DNA from: the human T2T-CHM13v2.0 reference genome, Homo sapiens
Strand: one strand, 5' to 3'
Assembly: GCF_009914755.1 (NCBI RefSeq)
Contig: NC_060925.1
DNA length: 64,000 nt
A model generated the notes under the pieces. It was not told the origin of the DNA and did no database searches. It was given only the letters and a program-made list of their open reading frames with translations. The position numbers and the translations under genes were made by a program. Below are positions 1-13,823 of this stretch, one piece after another (within the stretch, counting starts at the first letter, position 1; the number at the start of each line of letters is the position of its first letter).

Positions 1-249
1 TCAATTTGAGATTCTTCAGGGGATTGCTTAAAGCCCATTAACAGGCCACAGAACAATTTTTGAGAATCACTGCTATAGAAAATATCATGCTCATCTCAAA
101 GGGAATAAAATCTATCTTAAGTATGTTGTTTACAATCAAAATTGTTTTTAATTTCTCAGAACTTGCAGACTTTATGGGGAACTCGAGAAGACAACATCTC
201 TTTCTTACTCTGAGAAAATCTTCCCTGCACTGCAACTTCTTTCTTTCAA

Positions 250-1085
250 CTTGGCATTCCTCATTTGGTAAAATGTCATCACCATTTACACAGCTAGTTA
301 TGCACCAATCCTCTCTCTCTCTCTTTTAATCCCACATCTCACATCCAATTCAAACACTGTCACCTATACCTACAAAAATACACCTCAAAGTCAGTCACTG
401 GGAAGTTAGTCCACGTCCTTGTCTCCCCTGGGTTTATGCAATGGCTACCTGATTGGGCTTTCTATTTCCTCTTGTGCTTCCCTCCCCTCACTACTCTGCA
501 GCATAATCTTTCCAGAATGAAAATCAGATCATAACACTTTGAATGTCTCAGCTGTCACTGGCTTCCCATGACACAGAAACTCAACATTCTTCACAGCCTG
601 TCCACTAACTGCCTCTCAGCCTCCTCTCCCTCCCGTGCTCTCCTCCCGCCCTCAGGGTAGTCACCTGGCCTTCTTTGCTCTTTTGAGAACACATCAGAAA
701 TGTTCCCACCTCAAGGACTTTACACTTGGAATTTTCTTCCCCTGGAATGCTTTCCCCAGGAATATATACATGGCGGCTTGCATCTTTGCTGCATTTACGT
801 CTTGTTCTTATGCCAGTTCCTCAGAGATCTCATCCCTAAACAGCGTATCCAAAATGCACATTCTGTCACTCTGCATTCCTCTACCCTTTGTGTTTTTCTG
901 CCTCACACTTATCACTGTGTAGCACTATATTATAAGTTCAGTTGCTTAAATGTTTATTGGCTGTCTTCACCACTGCAATGTAAGTTCTATGAGACAAGAA
1001 CTTTTATTTATTTCTGAATCCCCAGTCCCTATCAGAACTCCCAGCATGTAGATCATGTTCATAAATATTTCCTAAGTGAATGCAT
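250..1085 (+). mobile_element. L2 LINE 3' portion, old and diverged
   Basis: Pyrimidine-rich L2 body ('cccctggaatgctttcccc', 'atgtaagttctatgagacaag') ending in an L2-type 3' end 'ataaatatttcctaagtgaatg'. Confidence 0.75.
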
Positions 1086-1944
1086 GTCTACATTTGCATC
1101 TACACTTAGGTCGTCATTGGGATCCATTTAGAGGACTGCCTAATGCTACAACGAGGTGGTCAGTTACTGGAGGGTATCTCTGGAATTCTTCTTACTCATT
1201 CGAAGTACACTTGATGCTTTCGTAGGCTTCCTAAGACTCAGTGACAGTATTCTGGTTTAGGCAAAAGCAGAAGAATGACAGGGTTGATCTCAATTTCTCC
1301 CACTCACAGCTGGCTGAACATTTAACATTCCATATTTAATCTCGTGTTCCTAAAAAAGAGTTATCTTCTCACAGTCTTCCCACCCTAGTCCCACTTTCAG
1401 AGAGATCTGAACCTTCAACCAAAGTGCCTGCTATTCATCATTCTACAACTATTGTAACCACACTCCGCCTCCTAATTTTGCACTCCCAGGGAAAAGAAAA
1501 AATGTTTAAGAGCTCAAAACTTTAACCAGCCTCTCCCTTTATTTCATACAACAGACTTCCTAGTTAGAAGGATTGCAAACTGGAACCTAATTATATTTTA
1601 AATGAACTAAATATATTGCCATAAGTTGAAAATTATTTAGAAGATATATCCTGGCAACGTCATGAAAATCTAATCACAATAAGAACTCTTTTAACTTTTC
1701 AAAATAGAAGAAGTTGAATTTTTTAGAAGGCGTAACTCAGTTATAATTTCAGTGAACATAGTGAATAATTAACATCAGACTATGATGTCATAATTGTGGG
1801 AAACATGAGGTAGAAAAAAAGAATATTTTGTATTTTTTATATTAGTGATAAAAATAATTATTATTATAATATATGTGACAGGCAATGTTACAAGCACTTC
1901 ATATGTAGAAATTGCTGCCTTCAACCCTAATCCAAGCAACATAA

Positions 1945-2265
1945 AATCTTACCTGGATTATTATAGTACTTCCTACCTGGTCTATCTGTTTCTGCCCTTC
2001 ACCCCTTACAACCTATTTTCAGTACAACTGCTCAATTATGGTTAAAAAGATAGGATATGCCCTATCACTTTCTTGATCAACACCTTTGGATAGCTTTCCC
2101 TCTGTCTTACAATAAACTGCAAAGATCTAACCATGTCCTACCAGGCCCTCCATAAAGAAGCCCCGATGACCTCTCTCATAACACCTCCAACTTGCTCACA
2201 CTGGTTTCCCTGCTGTTCTTTATACCTTACAGGCAGGCACAGTTCTTCTGCTGGGCCTTTGCACC

Positions 2266-2299
<34 letters not shown>

Positions 2300-2912
2300 C
2301 GGAGTCTCACTCTTTCGCCCAGGCTGTAGTGCAAGGGCGCAATCTTGACTCACCGCAACCTCCGCCTCCCAGGTTCAAGAGATTCCCCTGCCTCAGCCTC
2401 CTCCCAAGTAGCTGGGATTACAGGTGCCCCCCAACACGCCAGGCTAATTTTTGTATTTTTAGTAGAGACGGAGTTTCGCCATGTTAGCCAGGCAGGTCTT
2501 GAACTCCCGACCTCAGGTGACCCACCTGCCTCGGCCTCCCAAAGTGCTGGGATTACCTGAGTGAGCCACCGCGCCCGGCCGGCACCTGATATTTCCTCTA
2601 CCTGCAACACTTCCATCACATGTTTTCATGACTTCTTTCTTTCTTCCTTCAACCTCTCCTCAGATGTTGTCTTCTCAATGAAGCTTCTCTGACTACAAAA
2701 TTTAAAATCGTAGCCCCCACCCCAACAGTCTGCTTTCCTCCATTTTCTTCCATAATAACACTTATCACCATCTGATAGATTATATATATTTACTCACCTC
2801 ATTAGAATACAAGCTTCATGGAAGGCATTTTTGACTGTTTTGTTCACTGTTGCAATCCTAGTCCTCAGAACGTTGCCTGGTACATAAAAGCTGGTAAATA
2901 TTTGTTTATTAA
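1945..2912 (+). mobile_element. L2 (L2a-like) 3' portion, interrupted by an Alu
   Basis: 'cttacctggattattatagtacttcctacctggtct', 'ttagaatacaagcttcatggaaggc', and 3' end 'gcctggtacataaaagctggtaaatatttgttt'. Confidence 0.8.
2270..2580 (-). mobile_element. AluS (Sp/Sq-like), full length
   Basis: Poly-T, dimeric Alu body ending 'gcgcccggcc'; target-site duplication gcacctgat at 2261-2269 and 2582-2590. Confidence 0.97.
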
Positions 2913-2924
2913 ACAAGATACCAA

Positions 2925-3890
2925 TCAAGCAGTGAGATAACATTACATATCTATCAGAATGACTAAAATCAAAAACACTGTCAACACCCAATACTGGTGA
3001 GAATGTGGAGCAACAGGAACTCTCATTCACAGCTATGGGAATGCAAACAGTACAGCCACTTTGGAAGACACTTCGGCACTTTCTTACAAAGCTACACATA
3101 ATCCTACCATATGATCCAGCTATTACACTCCAAGAAATTTGCCCAAATGAGTTGAAAACTTATGTCCACACAAAACCCTGCACATAAATGTTTATAGCAG
3201 CTTTATTCATAATTGCTAAAAATTGGATGCAACCAAGATGTCCTTCAATAGGTGAGTGGACAAACAAATTGTAGGATATCTATGCAATGGAATACTATTC
3301 AGTGATAAAAAGAAATGAGCTAACAAGCCATGAAAAGACATAGAGGAAACTTAAAATATATATATATATATATACACATATATATACACACACACATATA
3401 TATACACATATACATATATTGCTAACTGAAAAAAAAAAGCCAGTCTGAAAAGGCTAAAAACTATATGATTCCAACTATGTGACGTGCTGAAAAAGATAAA
3501 ATTATGGAGAGAGTAAAAACATCAGTGCTTGCCAGGAGTTTTCAGGGGAAGAGAAAGGGATGAATAGATGGAGCACAGAGGATTTTAGGCAGTGAAACTA
3601 TTCTGTGTGATAATATACTAGGGAATACATGACATTGTCCATTTATCAAAACCCATAGAACTGTGCAACACAAAAGATGAACCTTAATATAACCTTAATT
3701 GTTGACTTTAGTCAACAATTATGTATCAATATTGGTTTGTCAATTTTAATAAATGTGCCATACTAGATGTTAATAATGAGAGAAATTATGTGTCTGTTTG
3801 GGGCAGGTGGGTGTAACATAAAAACTGTACTTTTGAAGCAAATTTTCTGTAATTTACAACTGCTCAAAAAAGTAATCTATTAATTTAAAT
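2925..3890 (+). mobile_element. L1MC-type LINE-1 3' fragment (ORF2 C-terminus and 3'UTR)
   Basis: ORF 3005..3187 contains L1 ORF2 C-terminal motifs VQPLWK and LPYDPAI; 3'UTR 'gtgaaactattctgtgtgata...aaaacccatagaactgt'. Confidence 0.9.
3356..3419. repeat. (TA)n/(CA)n microsatellite inside L1
   Basis: Directly visible dinucleotide run. Confidence 0.95.
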
Positions 3891-3974
3891 AAGTAAATAT
3901 ATGTAGCTACTAATTTGGAACTAGCTAAAATATTAGCCTTTTAATCCCATAAAAGAACGTTGATGTAATTTCTA

Positions 3975-4105
3975 TCATTATCTTCATTTTGGAGATGAGG
4001 AAACTGACCCATCCATGTTGGGTGACTTTCCTAAGCTCACACAGCTACTACTTGAGAGTTGCAGGTGTGGAACCCAGAATGGATCATCTCCAGAAGCAGC
4101 ACTCC
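3975..4105 (-). mobile_element. MIR SINE
   Basis: Core 'cattttggagatgaggaaactga...aagctcacacagcta'. Confidence 0.8.
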
Positions 4106-4181
4106 CAATTATTATGCCATGTTACACACTCTAAAGACATTAAATGTACAAGGGATATAGGTTGATAAAACAAGAGCTTCT

Positions 4182-4616
<435 letters not shown>

Positions 4617-6034
4617 TCATTGTTTACTATTTTTGTTGTTCCCTTTGAGAATAACTTAATCGCTCTTGACATACATGGTCTTTTGGTGACAAACAAGAAC
4701 TTTTAAAAATGCTGCACAGATTTCAATATGGATAGGTACAAAAGCATATCTTTTTTATTTCACTTTTTAGTCTATTTGTAAGGCTAATATATGTCTGCTG
4801 TAGAGGGAAGAATTGATTGTCTAATTTCTGTAAAGGATTTCAAAATATACCTGAAGTGCCATTTATGTAAAATTAGAGATATGGCAGGACAAGCCATTGA
4901 GTGTGAAACAGAAAATTCCAGTCAACTGATGAGCCCCCCAGGCACAACACAGAGGGCTTTATAATTTTCTTCTTTAAAGTAGTTTCTAGATATTCCATTA
5001 TCATGACAATCTTTCCAAGTCTAGATCCTCAAAGTGACCTTTTCCCTGCACTACCCAAAATAGAAATTTCAGTTCATCCCTGCCTGCCTGTGGCAGGAAT
5101 AAAGCAAACCCAATATTCAGCCTCTTCCCAGATTACACAGTCCATAATAGAATATCATCATAACTTCTTTCCAAAGCAGAATATTCATCCAATTAAACTT
5201 GAATTTTTTTAAGAATGCTCACAATAAAAAAGATAATTGCATGGTTGTCAAAAATTATGACTAATAAGGTACGGTAGAGCCTCATAAAATAATTCTTATA
5301 AAAAGATTAACATTTACCATGTACTACTAAAGAAACATAATTGTAAGAGATTTAAAAATAAATAACTGGAAAAATAATAAACATTCATTGCACATAAAAT
5401 ATACAACCAAAATGAAGTTCAAAATGGTAGAAAAATACATTAACACAATAAATTTGCTTATTCAACATAGGGATATGGCCTACTATACAGAAATTAGTTT
5501 CTTTAAATACTTGTTTTAAAAAAAGAGGTGTTTTTCTTTGAACTCTGTTGTGTCATGAGGTTATTCTATAAACAGGTTTCTATTGTAGACCCTCACTAAA
5601 AGTCAAAACCTTTAAGGTACAGTCCTCACAAAAAAAAAAAAAAAAAAAAAAGTCAGGGAAAACCTTTCACACATACACAAATGGAGAAAATTGCTAAAGA
5701 AAGGAAAAAAAGTCCGCTTGACAGATAAGCAATAGCTCTGCTTACACAGTAATTTATGGTAATATCAGAAAGCTTTTGATAAATTTCACACATATTGCAG
5801 CGTAGGACATTGGAAAAGATAAAAAAAAAAAAACCTCAAAGAGATAGGGGAAATTAAACTATTTATAGAGGGGGAAGTATTTTGTAAAAGAAAATTTGGC
5901 AATTGGTTTTGATAGTCATAACAATTTATGTAATTTCTATGTTCTTTGGGGACTTGCTGTCTGAAAAAGTGGCAAGCTAACATTTTCTCCATTACTACAA
6001 AAAGTCATTTTTGAGAACAATAAATATGAGAAGG

Positions 6035-6038
<4 letters not shown>

Positions 6039-6077
<39 letters not shown>

Positions 6078-6104
6078 TTTTGTGTGTGTGTGTGTGTGTG
6101 TGTA
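6039..6104. repeat. Compound (AT)n-(GT)n microsatellite
   Basis: Directly visible. Confidence 0.95.
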
Positions 6105-9100
6105 TGTTATACGCTACATACATAGTAAGACATCTGGTAATGTTTGTGAGCCAAATAAATTTCTATCATTTGTTTAGTTTAGATCTTTTAAACTCTTATT
6201 TTTATTTTATTTGATAGCAAATCAATTTTCCAATAAAATAATTTTGCCTTTGGGGTATTATAATGAAAAAGCAATTTAAAACATATTTCTATAACTACTG
6301 AAAAGTACTTTCACACTAGATATGCAGTAACTAAATGAAGAAATATTCACACGAGTTGCACTTCCTTTCTTGTTATCAAAAAAACAATGAGCCTTAATTT
6401 ACATATTTCTCCATCAACCCCTTAAGCCCTTATTAAGGTCAAAGCTTGAATATAATATATTTGTTATTCTACAGAATTTTATATTTTGAATTTTAAAGTA
6501 CTATTTAGTGCTCCGATTTCACTTTCTATATTAAAAAAATATAAATGACATCAATGAAGACTTTTTAAATGAATTTCCTTATATTCTTCAGTGACCTTTT
6601 TAAATAAACTGTCCCTGCTTTCCTCTGAACTTCAATACATCTTTGGCCTGTCATTGTCATTCTTAATCATTGATGTCTCAATTCAATCTCTGACAACAAC
6701 CACGATGAAGCTCTTCATTTCAGGAAACTGGAAACATTTTGTCATGCAAAAAGAGCGTATTATGGGAACTCTAGTTACTTGTTTTTAAAGAAGACTGACA
6801 GGAAAATTTGGATAAAGAAATGCAAGTCTGTCTCTGCTCTCCCTAACAAATCTCGCTTGAGGCAGAGTTTTAATGAGTAGTTCTGGAAACTTCTTAAACA
6901 ATATATATATATCTCTGACCTGGATGGTCAACCCTTTCAAGCTGGCCAATGCTTTTCAATAAAGATAATATCAGAATCTGAAGGAACTGGTTTGAGTTTC
7001 TAAAGCATTTTGAGGAAATATTTTGTGAGAATGGGAAGCATATTTTAATGCCATTCCCATGTTTCCCTGACAATGAAAGCTGATCTGCAAGGGCGTTGAA
7101 AGCATTACAGGCTAATTTCATTGCAATGTCGGGATCTGAGAGGGAGGTGAGGAGAACCAGGAGTTGGGTGGGGGTTCAAGAGCATCGAGGTGAACACGGT
7201 TGACCCATTGGAAAATCACTAAGTGCTGGAACCCACTCTAGAAGGTTCATGTTTTGAGCCTTTATGGTGATTGTGCAGCTCTCTTGAAAATTTACACTGT
7301 CATTTTATTTATAGCAGATGTCTCTTAAAGCAAACATTTTTACTTCATACTATACAAATATTACGGAAAATTGCAAACATAATGTGGAGTTTTGGTCATG
7401 CTGTAGAAATCTACAGTATTTTCTATAATGGATTATGAGCAAGGGGAAAAAAACTGATACTGATCTAAGGCTGAAGGATAAGGGGTAATCAAAACAAGAC
7501 TTCTGCAGATACTTTTATGAAACTTGTTTTCAAAGAAAAGGCAAAAGTTGAAACTGTGGATTAAACCAACTAAATTAAACTGTCGTGTATTCAAAATACA
7601 TTCCGCACTTTAGAATAAAATGACCAGAAGCCAGTGTGAGGCAACTCCACTGTCTGAGCTATTCAAACAAAATAGTGTTTATTTGGATTTTCCTAAACAA
7701 AACTTGTATTCGATTCTGGTGCACACCCAGTGGGAAAAAAAATCTAAATACATATTTCATTTTTCTACCAGTTCTGAATTGTAGTTCTCTTGTGAATTAA
7801 TTTTGAGTATAGTGACTTAAATGTACGCTCTGTGGCTGCTCAGCAATTGCTGAACTGCCTGATGGAAAAGTTTTAGCATCTGAAATTTAGCTCTTAATAT
7901 AAAATAATATAAAACTATAATGTGCAATTAAAGGAGAAAGTAAATTCTGTTTGGAAACAGAATTCAAAAATAGAAAATTATATAAACTTTGGAAATTAAA
8001 ATCCATATAAGTAAAACCTATATTTCTGAGAATTCGCTGTTTCTTATGCATGATTTATAACAATACACATTTCAAAAAGGAAGTCATTAAAATAATGTGG
8101 CCGTTATGTTTTCACATGCCTTTTTGAGAGTTTAACCAGTACAACAGAACAATCTCCCTGGACTCTAAAAACACAAATCCGTGACAAGGACATAAGATTG
8201 ATGGAATTTGTAATCATATATTTTTACTTATGTAATAAATTTGTAATTTCAAGGGCATTATTCAAAATGACCACACTGCATTATAATGTGTGGATTCCTA
8301 CGCTGTTTTGCATTAATGTCTGCAGAGAAATTTTACACTCTTAATCTGCCATTGGTGCTTCAGTGGGTTGCTTACCGTTATAATTCTGGTCACAGATGAG
8401 GGTTAAAATGTCTCTAACCTTTACAAATGTATTATGTGGCACCACTGACATAGCTTTTATTGCAGATAAAACCTATGACAAATTTTCTGTATGATAAAAG
8501 AAGAACATGATTTCATATTAAATTCTGATGATAGAGACATATTTCTCTGCTTGTACTTCTGAAATGTTTTGGGTATAGTAACAATGGACAACACTTCCTC
8601 TTCGATTACATCAATAAAATCTCAAAATCCCCTTCGTTTTTATGGGTCCAGAGCTTCAGTAAATACTTCTTAAGCAGAACTAAAAAACAGTGTGAAAAAT
8701 CTTCAGAATTCAGTTCACTGCTAACCTTGCTGATCAAAACAGACAAAACATTCAGCTGGTTCAACATAATGAGAAGCAGAAAGAGGGAGCCACAAAAGAG
8801 CCTGGAAATTGAGTGTTGCCATGAAGGTGTATAAGAGCTCGAGCAAAATTTTCTCAAATATAAGCATCAAGATAACAGTAGGTCCCTCTGACAGTCATTT
8901 AAAAGAAAGAATAATGCCTATTATAGTAACTTCAAGGAGTTATAAAAGCACTTGAGTTTTCAGGGAGTCATAGACTTGTGAAATGTTTCTGACATTCCAT
9001 CAAAAAATTGGTGTTGTGACATCATTATAATACATAATCATACAGTCAAGGAATGATTAGAAGTAAATCCTTAATAGCATTTTTTTAAACAAATTCCACA

Positions 9101-10489
9101 TTGCATTCCAGACATCTTCTTTTTTCCTTCTTCCGTTAGATTGAATGATCAAGAGAAAGGTGGATAGAATTGTCTCCTGATGCGTTTTCTGGACAATTTC
9201 TTAACAAATGAGAATTCTATTGGTCTGCATTTTTTTTCATGTTTTGTGATTGTCAAGAACCTTACATAAATCTATGTCTGATGATACAAACTGTCTAATA
9301 TTGTACTGAACACCTCTTCAAAATTACCTATTCAGGGGAAAGTATCCCTTTAAACTGCCAGGATGCCTCACAGCTATCAAGGGCTGTGTGGACTGTGTTC
9401 AAGATTCTAGGGACTTAAAGTATAATAATAATAATAAAAAAGACGCAAAATAAAAATAAAAACTTTTTAACAGAAAAAAAAAAAGATTCTTGGGGATCTG
9501 CCGAAGTTGAGTCTTCATTTATTTCTTTCTCTGCATGCCACTAGGGACTTCCCTAGACTATTTGAGGAATAGGCCTTTAATTGCAAGATTACCTGAAACC
9601 AGACCCAACAAGCTTGGAGTAGCAAACAGTCAAATTGCAACCCCCTACCAAAAAAAAAAAAAAAGCGACATGTGGCTTTAATTTTATTTCATTTATTTAT
9701 TCTTTCAATTTATTTTTAAAAATTCTTGCCCATTGCTTCAGCCTTTGGGCCCATGTGCATAATAAAAAACATTGCTGGGAATAAATAATACGTATTAACT
9801 GTGTCTATTAGGATTCCCCCCTAAAAAGTTCATCAAAATGACTTATTTTATAGTAAGGAGTCTCAATTGCAAGTCTATTAGTAAAATAATTCTATTAAAT
9901 TGTATGATATTTCTAACTTCAATTAATTACATTTATATCTAGCTCTATAGTGTAATGACTTATAATATTAATTGTGATTTTAATTTAGAAACAGAACTTG
10001 TAAAGTTTGCCTCGAGTTTTAGTGTTTAATGATTTTTCCACATTTAGACTGTGTCTACAAATTGAGACTTTTCCATTTTTCTAGTTAAACAACTGGTCAT
10101 TTCAAACCTTCGTGTTGATGATTTTTCTCCACTGAATTGACCAATTTAATTTTCTCTAGGGCAATAAAGAAACACAGTATAATAGACAAACTAAAAGTGA
10201 CTACAAAATAATGTTTCACTTTGGCTATGTACTGTTCACTTTTGGCCATATGACCAGAATTTTATTTTCACAAATATTAGAATCAGAGTTTCCAGTGGCT
10301 GAAGCCAGAGAAGTCCAAGAATCTGATTTGAAAATAGAATATTGTCATGCTTGACATTAGTTAATAAAACCAACTAAGATGTCTGTGCTGGATCAGCAAT
10401 AAGTTGATTCTTTCCCACAATCAACAAGTTTTACATTCGGTCATTGCACCCCAGAAAGCAAACTGGCTGCAAGGTGACCTTGGCCTGGA

Positions 10490-10645
10490 TCTCAGTGCCT
10501 CCATAGGCAAGTCTCATACTTCTTTGTAACTCCATTTCCTCATCTGTAAGACAAAGATTGATGATGAAATGAGGTAGTAGATATAAAGTGCTTAGAACAG
10601 AATCTTTCTCAAGTAATCAATAAATGTTTGCTATTATTATTATTG
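10490..10645 (+). mobile_element. MIR SINE
   Basis: 'tttcctcatctgtaag...aaagtgcttagaacag...caataaatgtttgctattattatt'. Confidence 0.85.
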
Positions 10646-13518
10646 TCATTCAACCTAATATTGATATTCAAATTTTTCACTTTTAACATGTTATGCCACT
10701 CGCCTGAAATAACCTTCTCTTTCTGTCTCGCCTTTGTAAATTCAATACTTTCTTCATAGTTCAGTTGAACACCAGCCCAAGGTGATTTCTCTTTTCTCTC
10801 AACTCATATTGACCTTTTATCCCAAATCACAGTTTAAGACGTGTATATTCTCCAAAGATTTCTTACTTCCACACACACAAAAAAGTACAAGTTTCTGGAA
10901 GAAGGGGACAGCTTGCTACATTTCTTGTGCCTAGATTTGGCATCTGATGCATGCTGTATCCACGTCACAATTAACGCACAGAATCCGAAGAGTTAATGAG
11001 CCACAGCTTATGACATCCTTTATTTTTCCTGGTCAAGTTAGAGAACCACATTGTTTCAACAGAAACCTACTTTGTTTTTTTGAATTTTTGTTTGTCTTTT
11101 TGTTATTTTTTCTTAAACACAACAATTGATGTTCCTTTAATGGTGACTTTATATAATTTGGCCTTTGGATTACAAAATACATTTTTACACACTAAAATTC
11201 TTTGGATTGAGTCCAACAAGCTCCAGGATTATATAGTGTTTTCCTCTATACTGCAGCCTTTCCAAAACAGGTTTTATATCTTAATGTCGCATTGCAGAAT
11301 ATACATACAGATTCTTGAAAATGTCAGGCTCCTTCAATTCCCTGAAGCCAAAACAAATATGTCTACTATTATTGGCACAATTAAGAGTTACAATTATTAG
11401 GCATGGCGTTTATATACATGCAAATCTTATTGTTAACAATGGGAATTTCAAATATTTAATATTTGTATATGGATTTCATTTGAGCTCATTAAGTAAGTGG
11501 CTTGGAAAAAGAGAAGTAGTTGAATTATTACATGTCTAGAAAATGGTATTTAAATTTTTTAATTGCCTCATATTAGTAAAAAAAATCTGCATATTAAAAT
11601 GATACCTCAAAGAGTCTGATTTCATTGCTTATTTCATTTTGTTACTTTGCTAAAAACATAGCTCTTATCTAGTTATCATTCATTTCTTCTCATCATAAAC
11701 CAGAGTCCTTTAATTCTTTCACTGTGTCATAAAAGATTCAATAAATTCTGATTTGCATTTCAAATTCAGCTCTTTTTACAGAAGGACATCAGATTCAATG
11801 ACAATTACATCACTAATCTCTTCAGCACTGACAGTGGGAAGCCAAGCTCAAGCTCCTTCCGACTGAAGTCCTAAAGATGGAAGGTCATGTAATGTTCCTT
11901 CTCAGCAAGAGTGAATTTTTATTTTGGTAAAATCTTCATTTTATTTTCATTAACGAATATGTGCTCATTTAACCCATTTGTTGTTTAAGCATTTCATACT
12001 ATTTGTCTCTTTCTCCTTTCATTAAGAAATGAGCATCTTATTATTTTTGCTAAAAAAAGAGGAAACTTACAGTGTTGATTAAGCACAGTAATCTGTTGTT
12101 CTTATTATTGGTGTTATTTTGGAAATATTGAGGAAATTATATTCATATAATTTGGGGAGGTATTTTTCCATTTTGTTGTTGTTTAACCAATTGTAATGAC
12201 CAAAAATGTAAGCACTCATGTATGTATAAGTATGGGTGTGTATATGTATGTGTGTGTAAATAACATCTACAAATATTTTAACACCTAGTGTCAGAGACAA
12301 AGATAAATCTACCTCTTGAATAAATGTATTGTGAATTAATTATTGCTCTTCTAGATTCTATATACAATTTCCTCTATCTTCAAAGACTTGTCACAATTGG
12401 AGCCAATAATACTGCACAAATTACACACAGTTGAAGCAATTATATTTTTGGTACTTTATAAATGTTGCTATCTCTGTAAAGGAAGGAACAATATAAAGTA
12501 AATAAACATGGAAGTCATTATAACAATTTAGTATAGACTAAATTTAATGAAGTAGTTATCAATATTCTGATATGCACATAACATGGGCAATGAATAGAAA
12601 CTAAAGAGAATTTTTGAAAAGAATATCAACTTCCAAACTATTTTGCTATGTTATACTGAATTAAAATAATTTTCTTTTATTTGTACAGTATTTTCTGGCT
12701 TTTAGTATATCAACTTATTTTAAATCTTAATTATTTTACTTATATCACAATTTTAAGCTGTATGTTATTCAGATAATAGCTACTCACCAATAACTATTTT
12801 TAAGTTATTTTTTACGAGTAAGACTTTTTGCATTAAAAGTGAATTTTAGAAAGCATAGGGGTAATGATGGGTGACAAAGTACAAGATCACAAAAACCGAA
12901 AGAATACATGTTATTTCTGTATTTTTTAAATTAATAGGTCTGTTTTGACTACACTGAACCTAGTTCAGTCAACCAACTATTACAAGCATATGTCTTTTCA
13001 AGTATAAAACAGATACTGAATGAACACTTGTTAAATTAAGGAGAAAAAGAGTCAATAAGTGATTCAACCTGTGGTGACCAAGAAATTCCATAACTATGAC
13101 AGGATAAGCTGGTCAATTAACCAAATGAATTGTTTGATTCCATCATTATTTTTTAATTCAAACATAATGGAGTTATATAATATAATGGATTTATAATGGA
13201 AAATTTTAGAAAACTTAGTATCAAAAATACATTGAAATATAAAATAAAATCTACAACAAAATACGGATATATTTTCAGGTTAATTTAGTGTAATTAATTT
13301 CCAGGTTAATTTAGTGCAAAATGCCCAGTCAAGTTAAGGACTTGGAAGTATGTGTGGGCCAAAGCATTCAAATTTATTTAAGGCATATACATGTTGTACT
13401 GGGGAGCCTTCAGAATGAAGCCTCCCTAGGTGGAAAGAAGGAAGAAAGAAGTGAAGAAAGGAATTTAAAAATTGATAAAACAAATAAATAAGTATTCATT
13501 TGTCAAAAATAATGTGTT

Positions 13519-13823
<305 letters not shown>

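Noticed and set aside
11821-11838. REST/RE1-like ttcagcactgacagtgg
   Set aside because: Half-sites lack the canonical 2-bp spacer, and the right half is incomplete.
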